64,000 bases of DNA from Macrostomum hystrix (Eukaryota > Animalia > Platyhelminthes). Below, in pieces: positions 1-49,665 of this stretch (position 1 is its first letter; each line of letters begins with the position of its first letter). The stretch spans positions 992,001 to 1,056,000 of the forward strand of contig CATNEN010000007.1 in assembly GCA_950097015.1 (NCBI GenBank). Direction: 5' to 3'. A program made the translations under genes and the position numbers. The notes below the pieces were generated by a model, which saw only the letters and a list, made by a program, of their open reading frames with translations, was not told the origin of the DNA and did no database searches.

Positions 1-206
1 AGAAGGAGAGTAGAGAGAAGGAGAGTAGAGAGAAGGAGAGTAGAGAGAAGGAGAGTAGAGAGAAGGAGAGTAGAGAGAAGGAGAGTAGAGAGAAGGAGAG
101 TAGAGAGAAGGAGAGTAGAGAGAAGGAGAGTAGAGAGAAGGAGAGTAGAGAGAAGGAGAGTAGAGAGAAGGAGAGTAGAGAGAAGGAGAGTAGAGAGAAG
201 GAGAGT
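1..206. repeat. 15-bp minisatellite (agaaggagagtagag)n, truncated by the window start
   Basis: Direct reading. Confidence 0.95.
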
Positions 207-725
207 TGACAGAAGACACTGAGACTGCTAGCTTACAATAAGAACAGCGGAAAAAAGTTCAGAATTGAGTAGGTTTTACCGCTCCATCATTTCCCCGCTG
301 AGTTCCCCATCCCGCCAGCCACCTCAATTAGTGAAATCCCGAATCCCTAGACAGTGTTCACAGAATTCAGATTGTGTGAAGGGGGGCTGCAATCAGTAAT
401 GACACTCAGCTTGACCCAATCTGCAGCTGTGTCCTGAATTGGGAGGGCTGAATCAAGTCGCTCTTGAGTGCCAGTCATATTTTAGCTTTGCCAGTCGGAT
501 TTCGCATTTCCGGATCAACTCAGCGTGTGCGTGTGGCTGAAAGTAGGACCAGGCTCATAAAACTCGCGTCTGTTCAGTCAGAGCAAATTTTTTATGTCCG
601 ATAGTCAGGCGATTTTGGCGCCGTACTTAAATTATGAGTAAAACATAAACGAAAAAATTTGTGTTGCTACTTAGACGAGTAGCCTGTTAAAATGGAATAA
701 ACAAGTCGTTCTTATTGTTTTTTAG

Positions 726-36627
<35,902 letters not shown>

Positions 36628-36899
36628 GGGCTCGACCAATCATTGCGGGGAGGGAGCGGCCTCTGGAGTGCCTTGGACTCTAAAGCTTATCTCATGGAAG
36701 CAGAACCCTCAAACGCACCAGGTAATTAAAAAAGGGTTTAAGCTAGCCTGCTATGCTCAAAACCGAGGCGCTCCTTCAGTCCAGGATTTCTGTTGCTCAT
36801 TCCCTTCCATCTTGTGTACATAGCAGCTGCACTCGCGGTCCTGAAGTGCGAATTTTCACATGATACTTCTTCTTGAACAGACGAATTTTCGTTACTCGT

Positions 36900-36905
36900 A
36901 ATAAA
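36900..36905 (+). promoter_or_regulatory. possible polyadenylation signal of unc-13
   Basis: AATAAA 273 nt after the stop. Another occurs near 37075. Confidence 0.25.
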
Positions 36906-37557
36906 ATATTGAATTGACTTTTAGCCTATTATTACGTATGTAAAAGTTCATCTGTACTTTCTCTATCTTTCTCACTGGTATTTATTGTTAAAAACTTAAC
37001 ACACAAAATTGGTGCAACAATGCCAGTATGTAGTCGATATATTCGTTTGTATTATACTATAGTGAAATGCTTCTAATAAACAACTGCCTTGTAACTTCCT
37101 ATATTACCAAATTGCACACGTTTTTGCTAACTGCCAGTTTTAGTTGCTTGCGAACTCAAAATAACTGCACTGAGACCAATTTTTACCGCGCCTGTTGCCT
37201 GCAGCTTACCTTGTCTCTTCGCTATTCGCTTATATTCGGATGCGAAAGCTGCACTTTAGCCGTTTGTAGGTTTCAAATTGCATCTTTGCAGTGGCATCAT
37301 TTGAGAAATAAGAACTATTTATTCATTAACAATCATTAACAATGCTTCTAGCGGAAACTTTTTGTGTAAGAGGCTGTCTATGCAAATGTTAGCCCTTGTT
37401 CGAGTCATTTGAGCATAAGCATAAATATAAACTTACTGGTTTGCGAAGCGAACGAGCGATGTTAGTGCAGTTTTTTGTCTATTTGGTCTAAATGCCTTTA
37501 AGGCTTGCTTCATTCCGAGTGTGAATCACTTATACAAAAGAAAAAACGGGTACACTC

Positions 37558-38870
37558 AGCAGAGAACCACTGCCCCAATTTAGCAGAGAACCACTGCCCC
37601 AATTAGGGAGAGAACCACTGCCCCGATTTAGCAGAGAACCACTGCCCCAATTTATCAGAGAACCACTGCCCCAATTTAGCAGAGAACCACTGCCCCAATT
37701 AGGGAGAGAACCACTGCCCCAATTTAGCAGAGAACCACTGCCCCAATTTAGCAGAGAACCACTGCCCCAATTTAGCAGAGAACCTCTGCCCCAATTTAGG
37801 AGAGAACCACTGCCCCAATTTAGGAGAGAACCACTGCCCCAATTTAGCAGAGAACCTCTGCCCCAATTAGGGAGAGAACCACTGCCCCGATTTAGCAGAG
37901 AACCACTGCCCCAATTTAGCAGAGAACCTCTGCCCCAATTTAGCAGAGAACCACTGCCCCGATTTAGCAGAGAACCACTGCCCCAATTTAGCAGAGAACC
38001 TCTGCCCCAATTAGGGAGAGAACCACTGCCCCAATTAGGGAGAGAACCACTGCCCCAATTTAGGAGAGAACCTCTGCCCCAATTTAGGAGAGAACCTCTG
38101 CCCCAATTTAGGAGAGAACCACTGCCCCAATTTAGCAGAGAACCACTGCCCCAATTTAGGAGAGAACCTCTGCCCCAATTTAGGAGAGAACCACTGCCCC
38201 AATTTAGCAGAGAACCTCTGCACCAATTTAGGAGAGAACCTCTGCCCCAATTTAGGAGAGAACCACTGCCCCAATTTAGCAGAGAACCACTGCCCCAATT
38301 TAGGAGAGAACCTCTGCCCCAATTTAGGAGAGAACCACTGCCCCAATTTAGGAGAGAACCACTGCCCCAATTTAGCAGAGAACCACTGCCCCAATTAGGG
38401 AGAGAACCACTGCCCCAATTTAGGAGAGAACCACTGCCCCAATTTAGGAGAGAACCACTGCCCCAATTTAGCAGAGAACCACTGCCCCAATTTAGCAGAG
38501 AACCACTGCCCCAATTAGGGAGAGAACCACTGCCCCAATTAGGGAGAGAACCACTGCCCCAATTTAGGAGAGAACCACTGCCCCAATTTAGGAGGGAACC
38601 ACTGCCCCAATTAGGGAGAGAACCACTGCCCCAATTTAGGAGAGAACCACTGCCCCAATTTAGGAGGGAACCACTGCCCCAATTTAGGAGGGAACCACTG
38701 CCCCAATTTAGGAGGGAACCACTGCCCCGATTTAGGAGGGAACCACTGCCCCAATTTAGGAGGGAACCACTGCCCCAATTTAGGAGGGAACCACTGCCCC
38801 GATTTAGGAGGGAACCACTGCCCCAATTTAGGAGGGAACCACTGCCCCAATTTAGCAGAGAACCACTGCC
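37558..38870. repeat. 24-bp minisatellite (agagaaccactgccccaatttagc)n
   Basis: Direct reading. Confidence 0.97.
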
Positions 38871-39316
38871 TCTCTTTTTTAGCAGAGAAAAAAAAGATTT
38901 CTCGCGAAGTCTACATTTTTTCTTCAAGTTATCGATTTTTACAGTGATAAACGCGAAATACTACTTCGTAAATTTATGCCGCGAACACCACTATAATAAG
39001 TACGAGCTTCATAACATTTCCGCAGCAAATAAAACTGAAAATTCTCTTAATTTAACCGGAGCCGTGAAACGTCGGTACAGTGAAAAACAGCAACTGCTGT
39101 TTAGGTTAAGCTGTCAGTACTATGCAAATATTTTTCATAAATATACAAGCGTAAAAATACATTTTCGCGAACTATAAACTGCTTGAAATATAAAGTATTG
39201 TGAATTTTATGTTATTTGTGTCTGGTGTAGTCAATTATTATAACAAAAAACTATTTTTGTGATATTTCCGGCCAGCTAAAAGCATTTTCAGAGCAAACTT
39301 GCTAAGATCACGAATG

Positions 39317-39692
39317 AGAGCTTCCCCCACACTCCTGAGCATTGGGAGACTGTCGGTGAGAGCTTCCCCCACACTCCTGAGCATTGGGAGATTGTCGGTG
39401 AGAGCTTCCCCCACACTCCTGAGCATTGGGAGATTGTCGGTGAGAGCTTCCCCCACACTCCTGAGCATTGGGAGACTGTCGGTGAGAGCTTCCCCCACAC
39501 TCCTGAGCATTGGGAGACTGTCGGTGAGAGCTTCCCCCCACACTCCTGAGCATTGGGAGACTGTCGGTGAGAGCTTCCCCCACACTCCTGAGCATTGGGA
39601 GACTGTCGGTGAGAGCTTCCCCCCACACTCCTGAGCATTGGGAGACTGTCGGTGAGAGCTTCCCCCACACTCCTGAGCATTGGGAGACTGTG
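39317..39692. repeat. 42-bp tandem repeat x~9
   Basis: Direct reading. Confidence 0.95.
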
Positions 39693-40357
39693 GGAATTAG
39701 TTGAAGGCCAATTTGAGAAGAGAAAAAAGCATTAAAAAAAGCTTATGCCAGTGTCTCAGAACTCAAATTTATACTCGTAAGTTGCGAGACAGACTTCAGA
39801 CTTCCGACTGCTCACTACGAGATCAGGAGTTCGAATCTCAGCCCCAAGTATGCTCCTTTCAAATTGCCCAATCAAATATTTCCCTAATAGCTAGTCTTGG
39901 TTAAAAAGTCGAATGGCGCAGAAATTAGTGTGATTTTCCAGTTGATTTATTCTAAACTGAAAAATCAATAAAACAGGTATGAAATTCCCGAAAAAAATAT
40001 TTTATTAAAAAAAGCAAGTCTGATTCAGATTTTTTCTGAAAAGCAGTACGTCTTTTGAACTGAACATTTTGTTTGTTATTGTGTTTTCGCCCGTCTGCAT
40101 AACCCACTAAAATTTTTACACATTAGTATCTTTTTGGGTGACATTTTTCCAACCTTACTACTCGTATTATTATTGCAATAGGCCTAGTGAGTTTGAACTA
40201 ATATAAAGAACCTCAATTGGGATGCCGAAAATATTGTTTGTCTTTTTCAGACAACTTGGGTTTCATTTAAAAATCGAAAGAAAATTTTCGTTTTCCATTT
40301 CTGAAGGTCTTAAATAATTATTTTTGCTGGTAGAAATCTTAATTAACCTGTGTGAGG

Positions 40358-41467
40358 TAGTTTAACACAGACTGTACCCAATGGGACTTTCTTATGGAAA
40401 GCTTAGGGAAAGCTCTTATGCACTTTCATTCGGTCGCCTCACGGTCGCCTCACGGTCGCCTCACGGTCGCCTCACGGTCGCCTTAAGGTCGCTCGGGGCG
40501 GCTGACTTGTCGTGATAAAAAAAGGATTTCTTGTTTTGAAAGCCGTCTGGAGTTCATCGTTGACACTAAAAAAATTTCTTCAAGGCCTAGATCAGCTTCA
40601 ACTGAAGATTCTGTGCACTTTGAAGCGGTCGCCTCACGGTCGCCGTTTGGTTACCAGGGGCGTCCTAAATCTTTAACCCTGACATTTTTGGCCGTATGTC
40701 TTGATACATGATTTATGAATTAATAAAATAAAGCGCATACCTTCGCAAACTTAACTTTCTGCTGAATAAATTGAAAGGAACATATAGAGAAACTCGCTAC
40801 TGATAAGTAGAGTGTATAGTTTATAGAAATGCTAAAACATCTGCTGCATCTTTTATTTCAACTGCTGGAACAAGTCGACTACACGAAAAAATGCCTAAAT
40901 ATCCGAATTCTAATTGCTTCTAATTCTAGCTTCTTGATTCTCTCTCCCTGAGTCTCTTGCCGTTGAAAGAACCAATTTAATAATGATAATGCCTGACTCA
41001 AAAAAATCAGGGGCAGATGTACACACTTGTTGAGTTGGTGCCTGCCTGCCTGCGTACAAGCTACGTATCTGTGCGTGTTTGTACACGAGTCCGTGGAATG
41101 GGCTGAATTACCTGTGACTAGCTGCGGAACCAAATGATATGCCAGTACCCCAACAGCCCTTCTGCAAACATCCATAGTGAGAAACTTAAGCAACTTGACA
41201 TGCATAAAATTTAGCTAGCATATAATTTTCTTTTCTTTATTGTTTAGAGTTTAGATGCGTTCCCAATCCTGATCCTGACTTCCTGGGATAAATTCTCGGG
41301 GTATGTACTGACCCGATCTGTGCGGTGCTGACTTCCAGGACGGCACGGATAGGGATATATGAGTGAGTGTCTAGGAGCGGAACACAGACATGTTTTATCT
41401 GTACGCCAGTATGCCTTTCCTAATTGTAAAGTTAGTTTGTCACAGAGCTAGTTTAACACAGACTGTA
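40358..41467. mobile_element. 1.07-kb segment bounded by a perfect 19-bp direct repeat (putative insertion with TSD)
   Basis: tagtttaacacagactgta at 40358-40376 and 41449-41467. Internal 11-bp repeat cacggtcgcct x4-5. No ORF or TIR recognised. Confidence 0.45.
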
Positions 41468-41564
41468 GTGAGTAGCATTTTGGAAGTCAGCTAGAATCTA
41501 AGATATACTGTAAAAGCTACCACAGCGATCTCAAAAAAATTTCAGTCATATCTCATCACATTTT

Positions 41565-44200
41565 TTTGTCTAACTTTATCAGCAATTACTGTCAAATCTT
41601 ATCAGCATTTGCTGTCTAACTTCATCAGCACTTACTGTCAAATCTTATCAGCATTTGCTGTCTAACTTCATCAGCACTTACTGTCAAATCTTATCAGCAT
41701 TTGCTGTCTAACTCCATGAGCACTTACTGTCCAATCTGATCAGCATTTGCTGTCTAACTCCATGAGCACTTACTGTCAATTCTTATCAGCATTTGCTGTC
41801 TAACTTCATCAGCACTTACTGTCCAATCTGATCAGCATTTGCTGTCTAACTCCATGAGCACTTACTGTCAATTCTTATCAGCATTTGCTGTCTAACTTCA
41901 TCAGCACTTACTGTCCAATCTGATCAGCATTTGCTGTCTAACTCCATGAGCACTTACTGTCAATTCTTATCAGCATTTGCTGTCTAACTCCATGAGCACT
42001 TACTGTCAATTCTTATCAGCATTTGCTGTCTAACTTCATCAGCACTTACTGTCAAATCTGATCAGCATTTGCTGTCTAACTTTATCAGCAATTACTGTCA
42101 AATCTTATCTGCATTTTCTGTCTAACTTCATGAGCACTTACTGTCAATTCTTATCAGCATTTGCTGTCTAACTTCATCAGCACTTACTGTCCAATCTGAT
42201 CAGCATTTGCTGTCTAACTCCATGAGCACTTACTGTCAATTCTTATCAGCATTTGCTGTCTAACTTCATCAGCACTTACTGTCCAATCTGATCAGCATTT
42301 GCTGTCTAACTCCATGAGCACTTACTGTCAATTCTTATCAGCATTTGCTGTCTAACTTCATCAGCACTTACTGTCAAATCTTATCAGCATTTGCTGTCTA
42401 ACTTCATCAGCACTTACTGTCAAATCTTATCAGCATTTGCTGTCTAACTTCATCAGCACTTACTGTCCAATCTGATCAGCATTTGCTGTCTAACTCCATG
42501 AGCACTTACTGTCAAATCTTATCAGCATTTGCTGTCTAACTTCATCAGCACTTACTGTCAATTCTTATCAGCATTTGCTGTCTAACTTCATCAGCACTTA
42601 CTGTCCAATCTGATCAGCATTTGCTGTCTAACTCCATGAGCACTTACTGTCAATTCTTATCAGCATTTGCTGTCTAACTTCATCAGCACTTACTGTCCAA
42701 TCTGATCAGCATTTGCTGTCTAACTCCATGAGCACTTACTGTCAATTCTTATCAGCATTTGCTGTCTAACTTCATCAGCACTTACTGTCAAATCTTATCA
42801 GCATTTGCTGTCTAACTTCATCAGCACTTACTGTCAAATCTTATCAGCATTTGCTGTCTAACTTCATCAGCACTTACTGTCCAATCTGATCAGCATTTGC
42901 TGTCTAACTCCATGAGCACTTACTGTCAAATCTTATCAGCATTTGCTGTCTAACTTCATCAGCACTTACTGTCCAATCTGATCAGCATTTGCTGTCTAAC
43001 TCCATGAGCACTTACTGTCAATTCTTATCAGCATTTGCTGTCTAACTTCATCAGCACTTACTGTCAAATCTTATCAGCATTTGCTGTCTAACTTTATCAG
43101 CACTTACTGTCAAATCTTATCTGCATTTGCTGTCTAACTTTATCAGCACTTACTGTCAAATCTTATCTGCATTTGCTGTCTAACTTCATGAGCACTTACT
43201 GTCAATTCTTATCAGCATTTGCTGTCTAACTTTATCAGCACTTACTGTCAAATCTTATCAGCATTTGCTGTCTAACTTCATCAGCACTTACTGTCCAATC
43301 TGATCAGCATTTGCTGTCTAACTCCATGAGCACTTACTGTCAATTCTTATCAGCATTTGCTGTCTAACTTCATCAGCACTTACTGTCAAATCTGATCAGC
43401 ATTTGCTGTCTAACTCCATGAGCACTTACTGTCAATTCTTATCAGCATTTGCTGTCTAACTTCATCAGCACTTACTGTCAAATCTGATCAGCATTTGCTG
43501 TCTAACTCCATGAGCACTTACTGTCAAATCTGATCAGCATTTGCTGTCTAACTCCATGAGCACTTACTGTCAATTCTGATCAGCATTTGCTGTCTAACTC
43601 CATGAGCACTTACTGTCAATTCTTATCAGCATTTGCTGTCTAACTTCATCAGCACTTACTGTCAAATCTGATCAGCATTTGCTGTCCAGTCTTATCAGCA
43701 TTTGCTGTCAAATCTAATCTGCATTTGCTGTCTAACTTCATCAGCACTTACTGTCAATTCTTATCAGCATTTGCTGTCTAACTTTATCAGCAATTACTGT
43801 CAAATCTTATCTGCATTTTCTGTCTAACTTCATGAGCACTTACTGTCAATTCTTATCAGCATTTGCTGTCTAACTTCATCAGCACTTACTGTCAAATCTG
43901 ATCAGCATTTGCTGTCCAGTCTTATCAGCATTTGCTGTCAAATCTTATCTGCATTTGCTGTCTAACTTAATCAGCATTTGCTGTCTAACTCCATGAGCAC
44001 TTACTGTCAATTCTTATCAGCATTTGCCATCTAACTTCATGAGCACTTACTGTCAAATCTTATCAGCATTTGCTGTCAAATCTTATCAGCATTTGCTGTC
44101 AAATCTTATCAGCATTTGCTGTCAAATCTTATCAGCATTTGCTGTCAAATCTTATCAGTATTTGCTGTCAAATCTTATCAACAAATGTTATCGGTACAGC
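41565..44200. repeat. about 41-bp minisatellite built from two related 20/21-bp subunits
   Basis: Alternating cagcatttgctgtctaacttc / atcagcacttactgtcaaatc. Confidence 0.96.
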
Positions 44201-44973
44201 TATCAAATCTCATAAATATAGCTGTCAAAATGAAATATATTGGTGACCCTCCTATTTGTATTGTTCATTCGACCAAGTTCGATCGAGTGTCGTAAAATTT
44301 AGGGAAATCATGTTGAGACATTAGTTACATAGTTCGTATTTATTGCAAATCATTGATGCGATGAAAGTAAAAAATGACAGGCTGGTAAATAAAGCGATTT
44401 GCAGTATAAAATCTATGATTAAACTCGATGGCAGTGTACGGCTGTTCAGTGAGTAGCATAAAAAGGATCTAGCATACAAATTTGAGTACAAATGGAGTAG
44501 GTGCCAAATTAAGAAAACGTAAATAGGACAGCAAAACAAGTATAAAATCCGGTTTCAAAGAATCCTAACATCGCTGGTAATTTACAATGAACGAATTGAT
44601 TGATGTACGAGGTTTGTGCACGTCTCATATGCTCATATACACTCCAATACACCTGTTGATTACTGCTAGCAACCAATTTGACTCCTACAATAAGCCTGGG
44701 CTTATTTGGATTTGGGCAACAATGACTTTCTGACAGTAGACCCGCAGTTAAACAGCAAGGAGGCCATTCTGCTCATTCCACCGACTCCTGAGCACACATG
44801 CCCACAGATACTGTACACAGGCTCACACTACGACAGGCGTGTACATCTTTCTCATCGTCAGGTAATGTACACTCAAATACAGCCTTAGGGTTAGGGCCTC
44901 ATTAAGTTGCATCATGGGATAAATTTGGAGCCTCTATCACATGGCATTTATCGAATGATCGAAGTCAAGGAGG

Positions 44974-45478
44974 TCAGTCGGAAGAGGAGCCGCTGTCCAG
45001 GAAGCCACCCTCGTCGGAGCTGGACCGACGAGAGCCGCCCTCGTCCTCGTTGATGCCGTGCTGGTCGTGATGAAAATAGCGAAACTGGGTCTCCGAGTCT
45101 GTGTCGGACTCCTCGCCGGAGTCCAGCAGCTCGTCCCGCTCCTGCCGGTCTCGAGCCTCCAGCGTGGCCAGCAGGTCGCCGGCGTCGCAGTTGGCGGGTT
45201 CGTAGACCAGCAGCAGCTTGCAGTAGCGAATGGCGCCGTTCAGATCGTTGTCCGACACTTTCTCCAGCAGCTGAAGCAGCAGGACGGGCGGAGCCGATGG
45301 TACTTTTAGACGATAGATGTCGGCCTCGAGGGCTTCAAGTGGCGCCGAGCTGGCGAGGCTGATGTCGCCGTCGCTTCCGTCGCTGCTGACGCTGTTTGCG
45401 GCACTCTCCGCGGAGGCGTTGCACCGATGGTCAGCGATGCGTGAGGCGCGTAGCTCCAAGGAGAGACTGCTGACGTAT
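44974..45478 (-). CDS. ERICH2-like (glutamate-rich protein 2 family) terminal exon
   Basis: APPVLLLQLLEKVSDNDLNGAIRYCKLLLVYEPANCDAGDLL followed by an acidic tail resembles the ERICH2 core AP.EL...A..LC..IL.YEP.N.EA (recalled). Acceptor ccctctcag at 45479-45480, stop TGA 44974-44976, no in-frame ATG so upstream exons are required. Confidence 0.6.
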
Positions 45479-45529
45479 CTGAGAGGGTTGCGAGGTTTTT
45501 TGTTTTGGTCCTGGATCCATGGTGCTTGT

Positions 45530-45880
45530 AATGGTTCTATGGTTTTTTGTCCTGGTTCTATGGTTTTTTGTCCTGGTTCTATGGTTTTTGTTCCTGGTTC
45601 TATGGTTTTGGTTCTGGTTCTATGGTTTTGGTTCTGGTTCTATGGTTTTGGTTCTGGTTCTATGGTTTTGGTTCTGGTTCTATGGTTTTGGTTCTGGTTC
45701 TATGGTTTTGGTTCTGGTTCTATGGTTTTGGTTCTGGTTCTATGGTTTTGGTTCTGGTTCTATGTTTTTTTGTCCTGGTTCTATGGTTTTGGTTCTGGTT
45801 CTAGTTCTAGTTTTGGTTCTGGTTCTAGTCCTGGTTCTGGTTCTGGTTCTTGTCCTGGTTCTGGTTCTGGTTCTTGTCCA
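45530..45880. repeat. 20-21-bp repeat (tatggttttggttctggttc)n grading into (ggttct)n
   Basis: Direct reading. Confidence 0.92.
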
Positions 45881-46419
45881 GGCTCTGCTTTAGATTCAGA
45901 TTCTGAGTCATGTCTTTAAGCATTTCAACCCTAAATAACGCCACAAATTGTTTGTCTATATCTGTTCTTGTTTTACTGGTATTTTTATACTCAATTTCAC
46001 TCGAGAAGCCGAACAATAATCGCTGGTCCCGTCGTTCAGTGGCTTTAAAGTGTCACATTTCCGTCATTCAATCACTTCCTAGCTTAAGCGATCAGTAAGT
46101 TAAGAAAATCAAGGAAAAGGACCAATAAAAGGCCTGATTTTGAGTTGAGCATGTCAGGCCCTGACAGCCCTTCAGCTTGAGCTGGCTGCCACCACTTCAG
46201 CAAACCAAACCGCGGAAATTTCTCTTGGGTCAAGTGGCAGCACGGCACAGTTTATATTTCTACTAGCGTACAGGACTGCTCAGTTCCTGAGTGCTTTGTT
46301 GCACTGTTAGCAGTTTCCACGGAAGCAATCAGAGCACAATGGAAGTCCTGGCTGCTTTTGCTCTCTGGAGTCTCATGAATCAAATAATATAATCCAGTCC
46401 GCTTGTCTACAGCCCCCTC

Positions 46420-46980
46420 TCTTACCAGCCCACCTGTATGACCTGCCCACCTGTCCTACCTGCCCACCTGTCTTACCAGCCCACATGTCTTACCAGCCCA
46501 CCTGTCTCACCAGTCCCCTGCCTCCCTATCTTACCAGTCCACCTTTCTTGCCAGCCCACTTGTCTTACCAAGCCCACATGTCATACCCCATCCGCCTGTC
46601 CTCTCAGTTCACCTGTCTTATCAGTACACCTGACTAATCAGTTCACCTGTCTAATCAGTTCACCTGTCTTATCAGTTCACCAGTCTTATCATTTCACCAG
46701 TCTTATCAGTTCACCTGTCTTATCAGTTCACCTGTCTAATCAGTTCACCTGTCTTATCAGTTCACCTGTCTTATCAGTTCACCTGTCTTATCAGTTCACC
46801 TGTCTAATCAGTTCACCTGTCTTATCATTTCACCTGCCTTATCAGTTCACCTGTCTTATCAGTTCACCTGTCTTATCAGTTCACCTGTCAAATCAGTTCA
46901 CCTGTCTTATCAGTTAACCTGCCTTATCAGTTCACCTGTCTTATCAGTTCAATTGTATTATCAGTTCACCTGTCTAATCT
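46420..46980. repeat. 17-bp minisatellite (cagttcacctgtcttat)n
   Basis: Direct reading. Confidence 0.9.
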
Positions 46981-47984
46981 GGCAGTGGGATGGCAGAAAA
47001 TAATTTAGGAATTCCGGTCTCGCCTTGAAAAACAAGAGCCAATTGACGGGTAGATCCACACGTGGAATCGATTGCAATCCTCTCGGTTACCTGTACGAGT
47101 TATTTCTAAACAATCAATTATCTAAGCAACTTAAGAGCAAACTACGGCCATTTAAAAGCTGTCAAGAACCTAGGTTTTGGGAGCCAACCGGGAAAAACTC
47201 CCCCCCTTCTCAGCTTGTCTCCCGTCACCTGCCAATCAGGTGTCCTGTGTGCTCAGGTTAAGAGTAACGGCCTCCTTTTAAAAAGCTTTGAACTTGAAAA
47301 AGGGGATAAGAAACAGCCCGTTGTACCACCCTGAAGCTGAGTAGCTACTCCGGGTGGCAACAGAAATGTGAAGCCAGCTGACAACCATCAGAGCAGTGGC
47401 AAATTCAGCAGTACTTTAATAATGCATAGGAAAGTCTGTCAGCTGTCGGTAAGGCGATAGACTAACAGTGGGCCACTTCTGAAGCTTGTCCAAACTTCCA
47501 AGCCTCCTTACTTCTAAACCAGCCCTCCCCTCAATCAGTGCCGAGGTGACGAAATTCTTCCAATCTTGCCGCGGCTGCACTTGTCGTCCGGTAGAAGATG
47601 GCGACTGCCCCCTCCATGCAGCCGAGATGGCTATCGCACTACTTGGTGGGCCAGTCAAACCGCTATTTCATACCGCCTACATTTGTAACCTGATCCAGGA
47701 CCCAGCTATTACCCAGGATCTGCTGCGCCAGGCTTTGCATCCGACCCACTCAGCCTGCGAGAAGTTTGTAGATTTCCTTTTTTAAGATAGCTTACTTCTA
47801 GTCCGCACAGAGCGAGGCATGACTCCTATGTTCTTTCTCTGACTGCACTTCTATCGCTTCATCTCACTCTTTCAATGTCTCCTTGTCTCCCTAACACATT
47901 TTCATCTCACTCTTTCACGCTTCCTCAATTGTCCTTCCCTGTCTCTCTCCCTCTCTCCTTCTCTCTCCCTATCTATCTCCCACT

Positions 47985-48200
47985 TTCACTCTCCATCTCC
48001 GTCTCCATCTCCATCTCCATCTCCATCTCCCTCTCCATGTCCCTCGCCATCTCCATCTCCATCTCCATCTCCATCTCCATCTCCCTCTCCATGTCCCTCG
48101 CCATCTACATCTCCATCTCCATCTCCATCTCCATCTCCATCTCCATCTCCATCTCCCTCTCCCTCTCCATGTCCCTCGCCATCTCCACCTCCCTCTCCCT
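47985..48200. repeat. hexamer repeat (ctccat)n
   Basis: Direct reading. Confidence 0.9.
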
Positions 48201-48453
48201 CTTTCTCTCGCTCTATCTGCCCGTGCAAAAAAAAAAATAAAATTGTAATATCGGCAAGTTTAAACTAAACCTCTGCGCTCCTTCTTTACCACGTCAGTGC
48301 CCGGAATTGGAGGTTTCTCTCCACTCTATCCATCTCTCTCCCACTCTCTACTTCTCTGCCTCCCTATCCCTCTCTGTCTTTTCATATTAACCTCCCTTTC
48401 CCCAACTCACCAATGGTGATGGTGAAACCCAGGACCCATTCCAAAGAATACAG

Positions 48454-48460
48454 AGCAACA

Positions 48461-48554
<94 letters not shown>

Positions 48555-48579
48555 CAGCAGTAGCAGCAGCAGCAGCAGT

Positions 48580-48653
<74 letters not shown>

Positions 48654-48678
48654 CAGCAGTAGCAGCAGCAGCAGCAGT

Positions 48679-48764
<86 letters not shown>
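48454..48764. repeat. interrupted (CAG)~100 tract
   Basis: Direct reading, with TAG interruptions. Confidence 0.97.
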
Positions 48765-48767
<3 letters not shown>

Positions 48768-49261
48768 CAGAGCAACGACACCAAAGTGTGAACAAGCAAA
48801 ACTGCTCAAAGAGCGCCAGAAAACGCAGGCAAAGAACAAATGAAGCCGGGTGGGCAACTAAACGAGAAATTGCATTACTTGCAGTGCCTCAGCAGCATGC
48901 GTGGCAGCAGCAAAGGACAATTTGCTGTGCTATACAGAAAGGTGAACCATTTCCTGAGTAGAGGATAAGGGGTGAGCATTGGGGGGTCCGATTCCTCTTT
49001 TCCCGTTTCTTGGCTTCCTTTCTGCCCAATCCTTCACACTGGGCCGATTCTGCATGAACAGTTTTTTGTCCGATTTTTTTCCAGTCATCGGATGGCCAGC
49101 GATTTTGCAGTACTTCCCGCTGACTCCAGACTCAGGCTTAACTGGACAGTAAAACAAGAGGAAGTTAAGTTGGGTCTCGAGTTGCACATCATTTTAGAAA
49201 AGGTTAAAATACATTACCTGGGAGGAGACATCGAAAGGGAGATCTAAGAATAAAGAATCTA

Positions 49262-49665
49262 ATTGTGACTGAGATTGCGAGTGAGATCATGAGTTTGTGA
49301 GTGAAATTGTGAGATTGTGAGTGAGATTGTGATTGAGATTGTGATTGAGATAATGAGTTTGTGAGTGAGATTTTGAGTGAGATTGTGAGTGAGATTGTGA
49401 TAGAGATTATGAGTTTGTGAGTGAGATTGTGATTGAGATTGTGATTGAGATTATGAGTTTGTGAGTGAGATTGTGAGTGAGATTGTGATTGAGATTGTGA
49501 TTGAGATAATGAGTTTGTGAGTGAGATTTTGAGTGAGATTGTGAGTGAGATTGTGATAGAGATTATGAGTTTGTGAGTGAGATTGGGACTTTGAGAGTGA
49601 GATTGTGAGTGAGATTATGAGTGAGATCAGAAGTGAGATTGTGAATGCGATTGTGAGCGATATCT
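49262..49665. repeat. degenerate 12-bp repeat (gagattgtgagt)n
   Basis: Direct reading. Confidence 0.88.

Noticed and set aside
37530-38927. 465-aa (GSGSLLNW)n ORF; similarly (EFREFGNSENSGIQRIR)n at 51634-52808 and (SRLLALSFRCF)n at 58186-59778
   Set aside because: Pure minisatellite translations
47486-47785. 99-aa Cys-containing ORF faintly like a LINE C-terminal zinc knuckle
   Set aside because: The C-x2-C..H..C spacing is not met, and no RT or endonuclease motifs or poly-A tail are nearby
48382-48961. Poly-Ala, poly-Leu and poly-Cys ORFs
   Set aside because: Alternative frames of the CAG tract
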